Source: a virus (Duplodnaviria; Caudoviricetes). From it: a stretch of DNA of 56,063 nucleotides. A program made the position numbers and the translations under genes. Shown piece after piece: positions 17,743 to 26,378 of this stretch; positions within the stretch are counted from its first letter, which is position 1, and every line of letters begins with the position of its first letter. The stretch spans positions 1 through 56,063 of IMG/VR virus record IMGVR_UViG_3300025875_000029; one strand, 5' to 3'. Under the pieces are notes generated by a model that had not been told where the DNA came from, made no database searches, and was given only the letters and a program-made list of their open reading frames with translations.

Positions 17743-19792
17743 ACTGAAGAACCGCCCCGTCCGCGCCACGGAAGCCCCTCCCGCGCCCTCCCAGGGCAGG
17801 GCGGGCACCGGGCGGCGGACCCCGCTTCTCGGGCTCCCTCTGGACCTCCCCGCCGATACGCCCGTTACTTGCGACACCGAGACCAGCGGCTTTCACTTTG
17901 ACGACGGTGCGACGGTCAGCGTGGTCAGTGTCGCCTGGCGCGACCAGGCGGGCGTGATCCAGGACCGGGCCTACCCGTTCGACCAGGAACGCTACGCCGA
18001 CAAAGGCCTCGCCATCGGCGGAAAGCCCATGGGAGCCAAAGGGGCGAAGAAAGCCGGGGACGGTGCCCTGGAGCTGTTCGGACTGGACGCCCTCGCCGAG
18101 GTCGAAGACGACCCCAACCTCGGGGAGAACGAATGGTGGGAGCTGCTGAACTGGCTGGCCGACCAGTGGCTGGTCTTCCATAACGCGAAGTTTGACCTTC
18201 ATCATTTGAGGAACGGCACCCGGCACTGGCCCGGCCGCGATCTGGTGGCGGCCTTCCGCTGGGACACCATGCTGGTCTGCGGCCCACTGTGGCCCGGACA
18301 GGGTGCGCAGTTGAAGCCGACCATGGAGCGGCTGTACGGCGAAGACGAGCGCGCCGAGCAGCAGGCACTCGCCCCCTACCTGAAGACCGGCCCGACCGGG
18401 AAGCGCTACGACCTCGTCCCCTGGGACGTGATGAGCGCATACGCCACCAAGGACGCCAACCAGACCCTGCGGCTGTACGAGACCCAGATCGCATTCCTGG
18501 ACGGCCGGAACCCGAAGTGGGGCAAACCCCAGGTGGCGGCTGGGCGTGGGCTGAACCGACCCGAGAAGGACGGCCTCGTCGTCACCCAAGACCTCACGAG
18601 AACCTTGTACCAGCTGGAGCGGCGCGGGATGCCCTACGACGCCGACAGGTCACGGGAGATCGCCCGGGAGGTCGAGGCGGCCCGCCAGGAGCCGATGGCG
18701 GAACTGCGGGAGATGTGGGGCGAGGAGCCGACCGCCGCGATCGCCAAGGAATGGTTCTACGGGCACGGAGCCAAGCCGGTCTGGGACGAGAAGTCCCAGT
18801 CGATGGTGCAGTCGGTCGACGTCGTCCAGACCCGCGACTGGATCCGGGACGGGCTTCCCGGCGCTGAGCAGTGGCGGCGCATGGTTCAGCTGGGCCAGGC
18901 CAACTCGATGTACTACGACGGGTACGCCAACCTGACCGGGAAAGACGGCAACCTCCGGACCGACTTCAAGCTCGCCACGGTGCGCAGTGGGCGGCTGAGT
19001 GTCGGCCGGGTGCAGTTGCAGGCGATCCCGAAGATGGACAAGGCGCTCGGGCTGGACGGGGTTCCGCACGTCCGGGAGCTGTTCTTCGAGGGACCGGCGA
19101 AGCGGGAGGGCTACGTCCCGTACAACCTGGACCTGTCCCAGGCGGAACTCCGGGTGGCGACCCAGCTGTCGGGGTGCTGGAAGATGCGGGAGATGCTCGA
19201 AGGAGGGGCGGACCTGCACTCGATCACCACCGAATCCGTGTTCGGGATGACCCCGGGCAACACCGACAAGGCGACGTTCAAGAGCTACCGGGACATCGCC
19301 AAGCGCCTGACCTTCGGGTCGATCTTCCTGATCGGCCCCAAAGCGTTCCGGGCCGCCCTGAAGAAGTACGCCGACGTGGACTGGAGCCTGGACCAGTGCA
19401 CCGAGGCCATCCAGGGCTGGCGACGCACCTACCCCGAGTTCAAACGGGCTTACTACCAGGCGATGGACTACGCCACCCAGCACAAGCACGTGGAGCTGGT
19501 GAGTGGTCGGAAATCTTGGCTGAACGGCCCCCGGGACTATCCGTCGGCTGCCTGGAACCGCACCGTCCAGGCGTCACTTTCGGACTTCGTGGTCCGTTGG
19601 CTGGCCAAGGTGGAGGAGGCGACGCGGGCATACGATGGGCTGGTCCTGACCGTCCACGACAGCGCGGTCCTGTACCTACCAGCCGAGGTAGGTCCGGAGC
19701 TTTGCAAGCAGATCGCCGAGGACGGCGCGGCGACAGCGACCGCCGAGTTCGGGATCACCATGAAGATCGACTCTGGACTCTGGAGAGAATGA
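17735..19792 (+). CDS. Family A DNA polymerase with 3'-5' exonuclease; DpoZ candidate
   Basis: ExoI DTETSG, ExoII HNAKFD, ExoIII YATKD; motif A DLSQAELR, motif B RDIAKRLTFGSIF, motif C TVHDS. Confidence 0.92.
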   Translation: MPRLKNRPVRATEAPPAPSQGRAGTGRRTPLLGLPLDLPADTPVTCDTETSGFHFDDGATVSVVSVAWRDQAGVIQDRAYPFDQERYADKGLAIGGKPMGAKGAKKAGDGALELFGLDALAEVEDDPNLGENEWWELLNWLADQWLVFHNAKFDLHHLRNGTRHWPGRDLVAAFRWDTMLVCGPLWPGQGAQLKPTMERLYGEDERAEQQALAPYLKTGPTGKRYDLVPWDVMSAYATKDANQTLRLYETQIAFLDGRNPKWGKPQVAAGRGLNRPEKDGLVVTQDLTRTLYQLERRGMPYDADRSREIAREVEAARQEPMAELREMWGEEPTAAIAKEWFYGHGAKPVWDEKSQSMVQSVDVVQTRDWIRDGLPGAEQWRRMVQLGQANSMYYDGYANLTGKDGNLRTDFKLATVRSGRLSVGRVQLQAIPKMDKALGLDGVPHVRELFFEGPAKREGYVPYNLDLSQAELRVATQLSGCWKMREMLEGGADLHSITTESVFGMTPGNTDKATFKSYRDIAKRLTFGSIFLIGPKAFRAALKKYADVDWSLDQCTEAIQGWRRTYPEFKRAYYQAMDYATQHKHVELVSGRKSWLNGPRDYPSAAWNRTVQASLSDFVVRWLAKVEEATRAYDGLVLTVHDSAVLYLPAEVGPELCKQIAEDGAATATAEFGITMKIDSGLWRE

Positions 19793-19793
19793 G

Positions 19794-20372
19794 ATGCCGA
19801 AACTGACCGCGAAACGGCCGGTGATCGCAGAACCCCCGCTGCAGACCAGCGGGGAGCCAGTCGCGGTGGACCTCGGGACTGGGCAGGCGAAGAGCACGGC
19901 GAGTATGGCCGTGATCGCCATCGACCCCGGCGACGTCCACTGCGGGATGGCCCTCGGAGTCACCGGTACGGACGGGACCTTCGCCTGCGTCCAAGCCTGG
20001 GAAGCTACCCCCGACGAGTGCGCCGACTACGTGGCGGGCTGGCTGCTCTCGGGCGAGCTGGAGGCGCTGGTCATCGAGAAGTTCAACCTCTACGGCGACA
20101 AGGCCAAGGAGCAGATCGGCAGTGACTTCCCCACCGTCCAGCTGATCGGGGTCCTGAAGTACCTGGTCCGGGTGGCGGGGATCCAGGCAGAGCAGGACGG
20201 GAGGTACCGTGCTAGACTAGCAATGTACGGAGCGGACACGAAGAAGAGCCTCCGGGCGCAGCTGAAAGCCCGAGGGATCGCACTACTGCCAGCCGAGGCA
20301 GACCATGCCAGAGATGCCCAGCTGCATTTGTGGCACTACGCAGGAGCCGAGAAGATGGGATGGGGGCAGTAA
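19794..20372 (+). CDS. RuvC-like Holliday junction resolvase
   Basis: IAIDPG, LVIEKF and HARDA acidic residues. Confidence 0.75.
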   Translation: MPKLTAKRPVIAEPPLQTSGEPVAVDLGTGQAKSTASMAVIAIDPGDVHCGMALGVTGTDGTFACVQAWEATPDECADYVAGWLLSGELEALVIEKFNLYGDKAKEQIGSDFPTVQLIGVLKYLVRVAGIQAEQDGRYRARLAMYGADTKKSLRAQLKARGIALLPAEADHARDAQLHLWHYAGAEKMGWGQ

Positions 20373-20767
20373 TGCCACGCATCGGAGAACCCACCGCCCA
20401 GGACATCGCCGAGTGGGTACACGAGGCGGCCAAGAGCGTCGCCTACAACCTGCACCGGGGAGACCTGGTCAAGCAGGCTGAGCTACGGGGCAGCCTGGTG
20501 GAGCACGCTGCCAACTGGCTCGACGTAACCCGCCTCAGTGAGGTCAGCCCTCGGGGTGTCAAGCGCTACCTGCTGAAGGTCGCGCTGTACCCCCGGCAGG
20601 TGGGGTACACGCTAGCCAGCGAGATGCTGGAGCAGCGGCTGGAGGAGCAGCTGGCCCTCAAGCCGCAGAACGACCGCTGGGGCCAGGTACGCAGTTACAT
20701 CCGCGAAGGGATCCGGGTCCGGGCGCACCAGCGTCGGACTACCGTCGAGCACGAGGAGCAGTCATGA
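20372..20767 (+). CDS. Hypothetical protein coupled to purZ
   Basis: TAATG overlap upstream and ATGA overlap downstream. Confidence 0.65.
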   Translation: MPRIGEPTAQDIAEWVHEAAKSVAYNLHRGDLVKQAELRGSLVEHAANWLDVTRLSEVSPRGVKRYLLKVALYPRQVGYTLASEMLEQRLEEQLALKPQNDRWGQVRSYIREGIRVRAHQRRTTVEHEEQS

Positions 20768-21819
20768 GCCTTCAGGTTGTCGTGGGTGGACAGTTCGGCA
20801 GTGAGGCCAAGGGCGCGGTCACGGCCGCGATCTGCGAGGAGCAGTCGACCTACCGTCGCGTGACCGTCGTCCGGGCCGGTGGCCCGAACGCCGGGCACTC
20901 GGCCATCGACCACCAGGGTCGGCTGTGGGCGCTGCGGCAGATCCCGGTCGGGATGGTCGTGGACGACCAGATCACCGGGGTCATCGCCGACGGGTCCGAG
21001 ATCGACTTCCCGGTGTTGTTGGACGAGATCCTCCGGCTGGAAGACGCCGGGATCCCGATCCGGAACCGGCTGTACGTCTCGGATGAGGCGACCCTCATCC
21101 TGGATCGGCACAAGACCGCCGAAGGCGAGATGGTAGGCCGTCTCGGGAGCACCGGGAAGGGCATCGGCGCGGCCCGAGCCGACCGTCTGATGCGCCGGGC
21201 ACCCCGGGTGGTGGAGAGCAAGGACCAGTTCAATGAGTACGGCATCCGAGTCAAGGACGGCCGGGAGCTGACCCGGGTCCTCAACCGCACCGTCCGGAAC
21301 GAGGGCTCGACCGTGGTGCTGGAAGGCACCCAGGGCTACGGGCTCGGGCTCACCGCCGGTCACTACCCCCAGTGCACCTCGTCCAACACCCGCGCCGTGG
21401 ACTTCCTGTCGATGGCCGGGATCAACCCCTGGGGGCTGCCCAGGAGCGCAGTCCAGGTGCACGTGGTGGTCCGGCCCTACCCGATCCGGGTCGCCGGGAA
21501 CTCCGGCCCGCTGTACGGCGAGACCAGCTGGGAGAAGCTGAACCTGCCCGTCGAACTCACCACCGTCACCAAGAAGCCCCGCCGGGTCGGCACCTGGGAC
21601 GAGACCCTCGTCCACGCCGCCCTGGAAGCTAACGGGCCCGGCGCTATCCTCGCCTGCTCCATGATGGACCAGGTGCCGGAGTACACCGAGCAGCTCGGCG
21701 ACGTGAAGGTGCTGACGAAGGCCGGGCGGGACTGGCTATACGGCCTGGAAGCCGAATTCGAGACCTCGGTCGGCTGGTACGGCACCGGCCCCCGCCTGCA
21801 GGACTGGCGGACCCTCTGA
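20764..21819 (+). CDS. purZ: PurZ0-type N6-succino-2-amino-dAMP synthetase (adenylosuccinate synthetase paralogue)
   Basis: GGQFGSEAKG (Ser in place of the PurA GDEGKG Asp), GPNAGH, GSTGKGIG, EGTQG, YPQCTS, PIRVAGNSG, TTVTKKPRRVG, SMMDQ. Confidence 0.9.
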   Translation: MSLQVVVGGQFGSEAKGAVTAAICEEQSTYRRVTVVRAGGPNAGHSAIDHQGRLWALRQIPVGMVVDDQITGVIADGSEIDFPVLLDEILRLEDAGIPIRNRLYVSDEATLILDRHKTAEGEMVGRLGSTGKGIGAARADRLMRRAPRVVESKDQFNEYGIRVKDGRELTRVLNRTVRNEGSTVVLEGTQGYGLGLTAGHYPQCTSSNTRAVDFLSMAGINPWGLPRSAVQVHVVVRPYPIRVAGNSGPLYGETSWEKLNLPVELTTVTKKPRRVGTWDETLVHAALEANGPGAILACSMMDQVPEYTEQLGDVKVLTKAGRDWLYGLEAEFETSVGWYGTGPRLQDWRTL

Positions 21820-22445
21820 TGGGCGCGGGCATGGACGTCACCAACCAGGTCCGGCGGGACTCCTCCAACGGATGCGTCGGGTGCGGGGCCAAGCTCGGGC
21901 AGATGCACATCGAGCACTGCCCCGAGCACTACCGGGTGCAGCAGCTGATCCGCGAGCAGACCGCCCACCTCCCCAGGCGAGACGACGCTCGTACCTGGTA
22001 TCGAGGCGAAGGCAACAATCGGGAGTTCCAGGTCGCTGACCATCCGGTCGGGGACGGCTGGCAGCTGTACTCCCAGGGCCCGAAGGACGCGGTGGTGGTG
22101 GGAGGCCCGATCGTCGCCGGGGTCGGGCCCGACGCCCCGACCGTGACGAACGAAGCGGGGGCGAAGCAGTCCAAGGTCCCCTACCGGATGGAGCTGATCG
22201 ATGCCCGAGCGCAGTTCGAGATGGCCCGGGTCCTGGCCGAAGGTGCCGACAAATACGGGGCCGGGAACTGGCGCGGGATCCCCGTCGCGGACCACCTCAA
22301 CCACCTGCTGGTACACGTCTACGCCTACCTCGCCGGAGACACTTCCGACGATCACCTGGCCCACGCCATGTGCCGGGCGATGTTCGCCCAGGCCGTGACC
22401 ATCGAGAACAACCCCGGCAACCTCGGAGAGATGGAGAGCAACTGA
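21819..22445 (+). CDS. dATP/dGTP diphosphohydrolase (DUF5664-like)
   Basis: KQSKVPYRMELI...VLAEGADKYGAGNWRG...HL.H..AYLAG...DHLAHA.C. Confidence 0.8.
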   Translation: MGAGMDVTNQVRRDSSNGCVGCGAKLGQMHIEHCPEHYRVQQLIREQTAHLPRRDDARTWYRGEGNNREFQVADHPVGDGWQLYSQGPKDAVVVGGPIVAGVGPDAPTVTNEAGAKQSKVPYRMELIDARAQFEMARVLAEGADKYGAGNWRGIPVADHLNHLLVHVYAYLAGDTSDDHLAHAMCRAMFAQAVTIENNPGNLGEMESN

Positions 22446-22807
22446 TGGACGCAGTAAGCAACCGGATGGACCAGCGGGTCGGCGGTGGTGGGTTCCTCCC
22501 CACCGGCAGCGCCACCCTCGGCGACGGGACCCTGGTCAAGGACGTGTTCACCGAGCTGGAGACGCTGCTGACCGAGTACGGCTACCACAAGGCATGGCAG
22601 GACGGCTGGCTGCGGGAAGAGGACGGCGCGATCGTCACCGCCGGGTACTCCTACCGCGAGGTGAGGGTCCGGCGGTACCTGCCCGGGCACAAGGAGCGCG
22701 AGCCTGAGGCCGTGATCTCCATCCTGCGGGAGGCGCAGCTGGACAAGATTGAGGAGTTCGTACGGCCCGTGGTGCAGGACTGGGCTGAGCAGCGGTGGGT
22801 CGCATGA
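22445..22807 (+). CDS. Hypothetical protein in the Z-base cluster
   Basis: TGATG coupling upstream, ATGA downstream. Confidence 0.65.
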   Translation: MDAVSNRMDQRVGGGGFLPTGSATLGDGTLVKDVFTELETLLTEYGYHKAWQDGWLREEDGAIVTAGYSYREVRVRRYLPGHKEREPEAVISILREAQLDKIEEFVRPVVQDWAEQRWVA

Positions 22808-23298
22808 CCGAGATCCGTGGCGAGTTCGGCCGGGTCGTCCCCTGGGACCTGAACATGCAACGCCAAGGCCAGCTGCTGGTGGCGGTTACCGGGCCCGGCG
22901 GTCAGCTCCCCACCAAGACCCGGGAAGGGGACGCCGGGTATGACCTGTACGTCTCCAAGGACACCTGGGTCCCGGCTGAGGCGTTCGTCGACATCCACTG
23001 CGGGATCTCGGTCCAGCTTCCGGCCGGGATGTGGGGCCGGATCACCGGGCGGAGCAGCACCCTGCGCAAGAGGGGGTTGCTGGTCAACGAGGCCGTGATC
23101 GACAACGGCTACATCGGGCCCATCTACACCGGGGTCTGGAACCTCAGTACCAGGCAGGTCACGGTGCGGGCTGGGGAGCGTCTCGCCCAGCTGGTCCTGC
23201 ACCCCATCGCGACCGCCGAGGTGCAGCTGGTCGTAGCTGACGAGCTGCACTCCCGGGACGGTCGAGGAGACGCTGGGTTCGGGTCCTCTGGGCAGTAA
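22804..23298 (+). CDS. dut: Trimeric dUTPase
   Basis: DAGYDL, GRSS, VIDNGY, GERLAQLV, RGDAGFGSSG. Confidence 0.92.
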   Translation: MTEIRGEFGRVVPWDLNMQRQGQLLVAVTGPGGQLPTKTREGDAGYDLYVSKDTWVPAEAFVDIHCGISVQLPAGMWGRITGRSSTLRKRGLLVNEAVIDNGYIGPIYTGVWNLSTRQVTVRAGERLAQLVLHPIATAEVQLVVADELHSRDGRGDAGFGSSGQ

Positions 23299-23308
23299 CT
23301 GCAAGTAG

Positions 23309-23342
23309 GCGGGGGCGGGTTCCGAAAGGTTCCCGCCCCCGC
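23309..23342 (+). terminator. Terminator-like hairpin
   Basis: GCGGGGGCGGG...CCCGCCCCCGC after the dut stop. Confidence 0.6.
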
Positions 23343-23428
23343 TGCATGTGCCAGTTTGACCTTCAAACTGTCTCCCGTGTCTCCTTGGCACGGTTATGCT
23401 GGGGACACCCCCGACACCTGGATGTGCC

Positions 23429-24091
23429 ATGAAGTTCCGCATCAGACGCCCCGACTGGCCCCGGTCCCTGTGGATCTGGGCCGGGGCGGTCGTCCTCACC
23501 TTCACCGGGTTCGTGTTCCTCGCCCAGGCCGGAGCGATCCGCCAGGCCGACCCCCGGATGTGGCAAGCCCCGCAGTTGATCGGGACCGCCCTGGTCATCC
23601 TGTGCTGCATCGGGCTGTACCTACAAGCCCGGGTGTTCTACGGCCGACTGGACCAAGCCTGGGACGAGGTGGACGAGCTGCGGGCTGAGGTGGCTTCCCT
23701 CCGCGAAGAACTGCACCAGGGCCACCCGGTGGCGGCTGGGCCCTCCGAGGCCGAGGAAGACCCCACGGAGGGCGACGGGAGCCTGCTCGGTGACCTGGCG
23801 ACCACCGGGACCGCCACCAGCCAGATCGAGCAGATCCCGATCGAGGTGCACGACACCGGCCCCATCGCCCGAGTCGACCCCGGGGTCTACACCCCGCAGC
23901 GGATCCGGCTCAGTGACGGCCGGTTCGCTATGGCCCAATTCAGCCCCCGCGCCGACACCGTCACCGGAATCCCCTCCGCCACCCCACCAGTCCCACCCCG
24001 CACCGGCTCCACCGCAGTCGGCAGCCGAGGTAGGCACGCCGCCCCTGATACCAGCGCGATCGAGATCCCCAACCAGGAGCAGACCGCATGA
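23429..24091 (+). CDS. 2-TM membrane protein with coiled coil and disordered tail
   Basis: Two hydrophobic helices; C-terminal GRHAA motif. Confidence 0.7.
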   Translation: MKFRIRRPDWPRSLWIWAGAVVLTFTGFVFLAQAGAIRQADPRMWQAPQLIGTALVILCCIGLYLQARVFYGRLDQAWDEVDELRAEVASLREELHQGHPVAAGPSEAEEDPTEGDGSLLGDLATTGTATSQIEQIPIEVHDTGPIARVDPGVYTPQRIRLSDGRFAMAQFSPRADTVTGIPSATPPVPPRTGSTAVGSRGRHAAPDTSAIEIPNQEQTA

Positions 24092-24315
24092 GCGGCAAAG
24101 GCAAGATGACCCGGAAGAAGCAGCAGCTGGACCAGATCCGAGGCGCGATCTACCGGATGCAGGTCCGCCGCGCCCGATCCTTCGCCTACCGGATGGTGCG
24201 GACCGCCAACTGGGACGACCCGACAGTCCAGCTTGCTGTACTGCTGCACACCGGGGTCGACCTCGGCGTGAAGACCGACGCCCCCATTGAAGGACAGACG
24301 GAGATCCCACTGTGA
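24088..24315 (+). CDS. Hypothetical protein
   Basis: CAGGAG RBS, ATGA overlap. Confidence 0.6.
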   Translation: MSGKGKMTRKKQQLDQIRGAIYRMQVRRARSFAYRMVRTANWDDPTVQLAVLLHTGVDLGVKTDAPIEGQTEIPL

Positions 24316-24548
24316 GCCAGCGGACCTACGAAGCAGTGGAAGCCGCCATCCGGGAGCACATGGCCGACGAGAACGACGGCGCGTACCTCACCGCCTGGAC
24401 CCTTGCCGCCGCCGGTGCGGACCCCGCCGACCCCGAGACCACCCACTACGTCTACGCCAACCACAACGGCGCGCCCCACGAGTGGATGGGCCTGCAGGCG
24501 ATGGCCGCCCGGCGTGCCGCCCGCTGGGACGCTGGAGAGGGAACCTGA
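24312..24548 (+). CDS. Hypothetical protein
   Basis: GTGA overlap; strong codon bias. Confidence 0.65.
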   Translation: MSQRTYEAVEAAIREHMADENDGAYLTAWTLAAAGADPADPETTHYVYANHNGAPHEWMGLQAMAARRAARWDAGEGT

Positions 24549-25135
24549 TGCCATTCCACGACAAGGACGACTTCACCGTCACCCGCCTGGACCCCGTGAA
24601 CTGGATGCTGGAACACCCCATCCGGTGGGAAGGCCACGACGGGGACCACGTGGACATCGAGGCCGGGTTCGTGACCGATTTCGCCACTGTCCCCTGGGCC
24701 GTCCAGTGGCTGATCCCCCGGACCGGGACCTGGACGCTGCCCGCGACCGGGCACGACAAGCTGTGCACCCTGCTGAACCGGCGGTACGGCCTGGTTACCC
24801 TCGCCTATCGCAACGCCACCAAGATCGCCCACGACGGCGGACCCTGCTCCTCCTGCTGGGCTCAGGCGCAGCTCTCGGTACCGCCCTGCACCTTCGGTCC
24901 GGTGGACACCGACGGTGCGTTCCGGGCCATGTGCGAGGACGAGTGCGTCGACCCGATCCGCCGCTGGCTACTCTGGGTCGGGGTCCGGTGGGGAGCGTTG
25001 AAGAACCCCGCCCGACGGGTCGGGTGGTGGCGGACCGCGCATCTGGTCCTCCCGATCTCGGCCGTGGTGGCGGCCCCGATCGTCGGCCTGCTGTACGTCC
25101 TGGTACGTGGGATCGTGGCGGTCTTCGGTGGATGA
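24548..25135 (+). CDS. DUF1353-family protein with C-terminal TM
   Basis: GFVTDFATVP...HDKLC...D..FR...VRWG pattern. Confidence 0.75.
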   Translation: MPFHDKDDFTVTRLDPVNWMLEHPIRWEGHDGDHVDIEAGFVTDFATVPWAVQWLIPRTGTWTLPATGHDKLCTLLNRRYGLVTLAYRNATKIAHDGGPCSSCWAQAQLSVPPCTFGPVDTDGAFRAMCEDECVDPIRRWLLWVGVRWGALKNPARRVGWWRTAHLVLPISAVVAAPIVGLLYVLVRGIVAVFGG

Positions 25136-25270
25136 CGAACTGGGGACCTGCGACTGCACTGGGGACGAGCTGGCCGCCGCAGTACGGGCTGTGGTGTGGG
25201 ATCCGGTCGAGCCGATCTTCGTGTGGCTGGCGCGCAAACTGACCCGGTGGTTTGTGTAGTCATGTAGGCT

Positions 25271-25639
25271 GTGTCACACAAGCAAGACCACCCCGACCTG
25301 GAGCCCGCCATGACCGTCACCCGCCGAGACCTGCTGCACACCCTCCCCGCGCTTGCCGTCGCCCCGATCACCGTCCTGGTGGTCGGATGCAGCGGGTCCA
25401 TCGGAGACGACGAGCAGAACTTCGCCGCCGCACTGGTCGAAGTCGGGCTCGACGGACCCGTGGACGTGGACGACCCCGACGTCGCCCAGGCCGGGCAGTT
25501 CACCTGCGAGCAGCTCAAAGACGGCAAGCCGCTCACCCTGATCTACAGCGCCATCTCCCGAGACTGGTACCTCAGCGAAGACCAGGCGCGGGAATTCACC
25601 GCCGCAGCGGTGTACGCGTTCTGCCCGAACGCCATCTGA
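25271..25639 (+). CDS. DUF732-like lipoprotein
   Basis: Lipobox-like VVGC; AGQFTCEQL...AAVYAFCP. Confidence 0.75.
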   Translation: MSHKQDHPDLEPAMTVTRRDLLHTLPALAVAPITVLVVGCSGSIGDDEQNFAAALVEVGLDGPVDVDDPDVAQAGQFTCEQLKDGKPLTLIYSAISRDWYLSEDQAREFTAAAVYAFCPNAI

Positions 25640-25701
25640 CCCCCGGCTGGACCCGTCCGTACCGGGTCCAGCCGGGTGACCACCCCACCGAAGGAGCCGA
25701 C

Positions 25702-25896
25702 ATGACCACCAGCCGGGGCAACCTCGCCCGACACCGCGCCGCCATCGAAGGACAGGCCGAGGTGACCCCACCCCGACCCGTCGACTCCCAGCACCCCTGC
25801 TACTGCGGGAAACTCGACTTCACCTGGGTGCACCAGATCGGAGACCACCCCGAGTTCTGGGCCAACCCGCCCAAGCAAGGGCTGATCTCACCCTGA
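25702..25896 (+). CDS. Small hypothetical protein
   Basis: AAGGAG RBS, ATG 25702. Confidence 0.6.
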   Translation: MTTSRGNLARHRAAIEGQAEVTPPRPVDSQHPCYCGKLDFTWVHQIGDHPEFWANPPKQGLISP

Positions 25897-25957
25897 ACTG
25901 GTAACCTCCAGGCCCGTACCGGTCTGACCAGGCCGAAACCCGAGCAAGGAGAGAACC

Positions 25958-26305
25958 GTGGCCAACTTCGCATCAGTCCAGGAGCGGGAGGACGCGGCCG
26001 TCTCGTTCGGCAGCCGGGCCACCCACGCCGGACTCCAGACCACCGCCGCCGCAGCCACCGCAGGGACCGAGGTCACCGGCACCGGCTACGCCCGCCAGCC
26101 CCTCACCTGGGCCCCCGGGACCGTCGACGGCACCGTCACCGCCTCCGCGACCTTCACCGTCCCCGCCGGGGTGTCGGTGCAGTCCGCCTTCACCACCACC
26201 GCCCTTACCGGCGGTACCTTCCGGCGCGCGGTCGACGCGGTCTACAACTCCCAGCCCGCCGCCGGGACCATGACCGTCAACTTCACGTTCACCCAGCAGT
26301 CCTGA
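25958..26305 (+). CDS. Small virion fibre/appendage protein
   Basis: GTEVTGTGYARQPLTW motif; beta-rich; strong RBS. Confidence 0.65.
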   Translation: MANFASVQEREDAAVSFGSRATHAGLQTTAAAATAGTEVTGTGYARQPLTWAPGTVDGTVTASATFTVPAGVSVQSAFTTTALTGGTFRRAVDAVYNSQPAAGTMTVNFTFTQQS

Positions 26306-26378
26306 TCTTCCCGGCCCCGCCCCCAAGCAGAGGGGGCGGGGCCGGGTTGTCCCCACCCACCGAAACGAACAGGGAGCC

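Noticed and set aside
20764-21819. Ordinary PurA auxiliary metabolic gene
   Set aside because: The catalytic Asp of GDEGKG is Ser, and the neighbours fit the PurZ pathway.
25944-25960. CTGACCA...CGAAAC resembling a hammerhead near the fibre gene start (approximate position)
   Set aside because: Lacks G8 for the C3-G8 pair and has no convincing stems.
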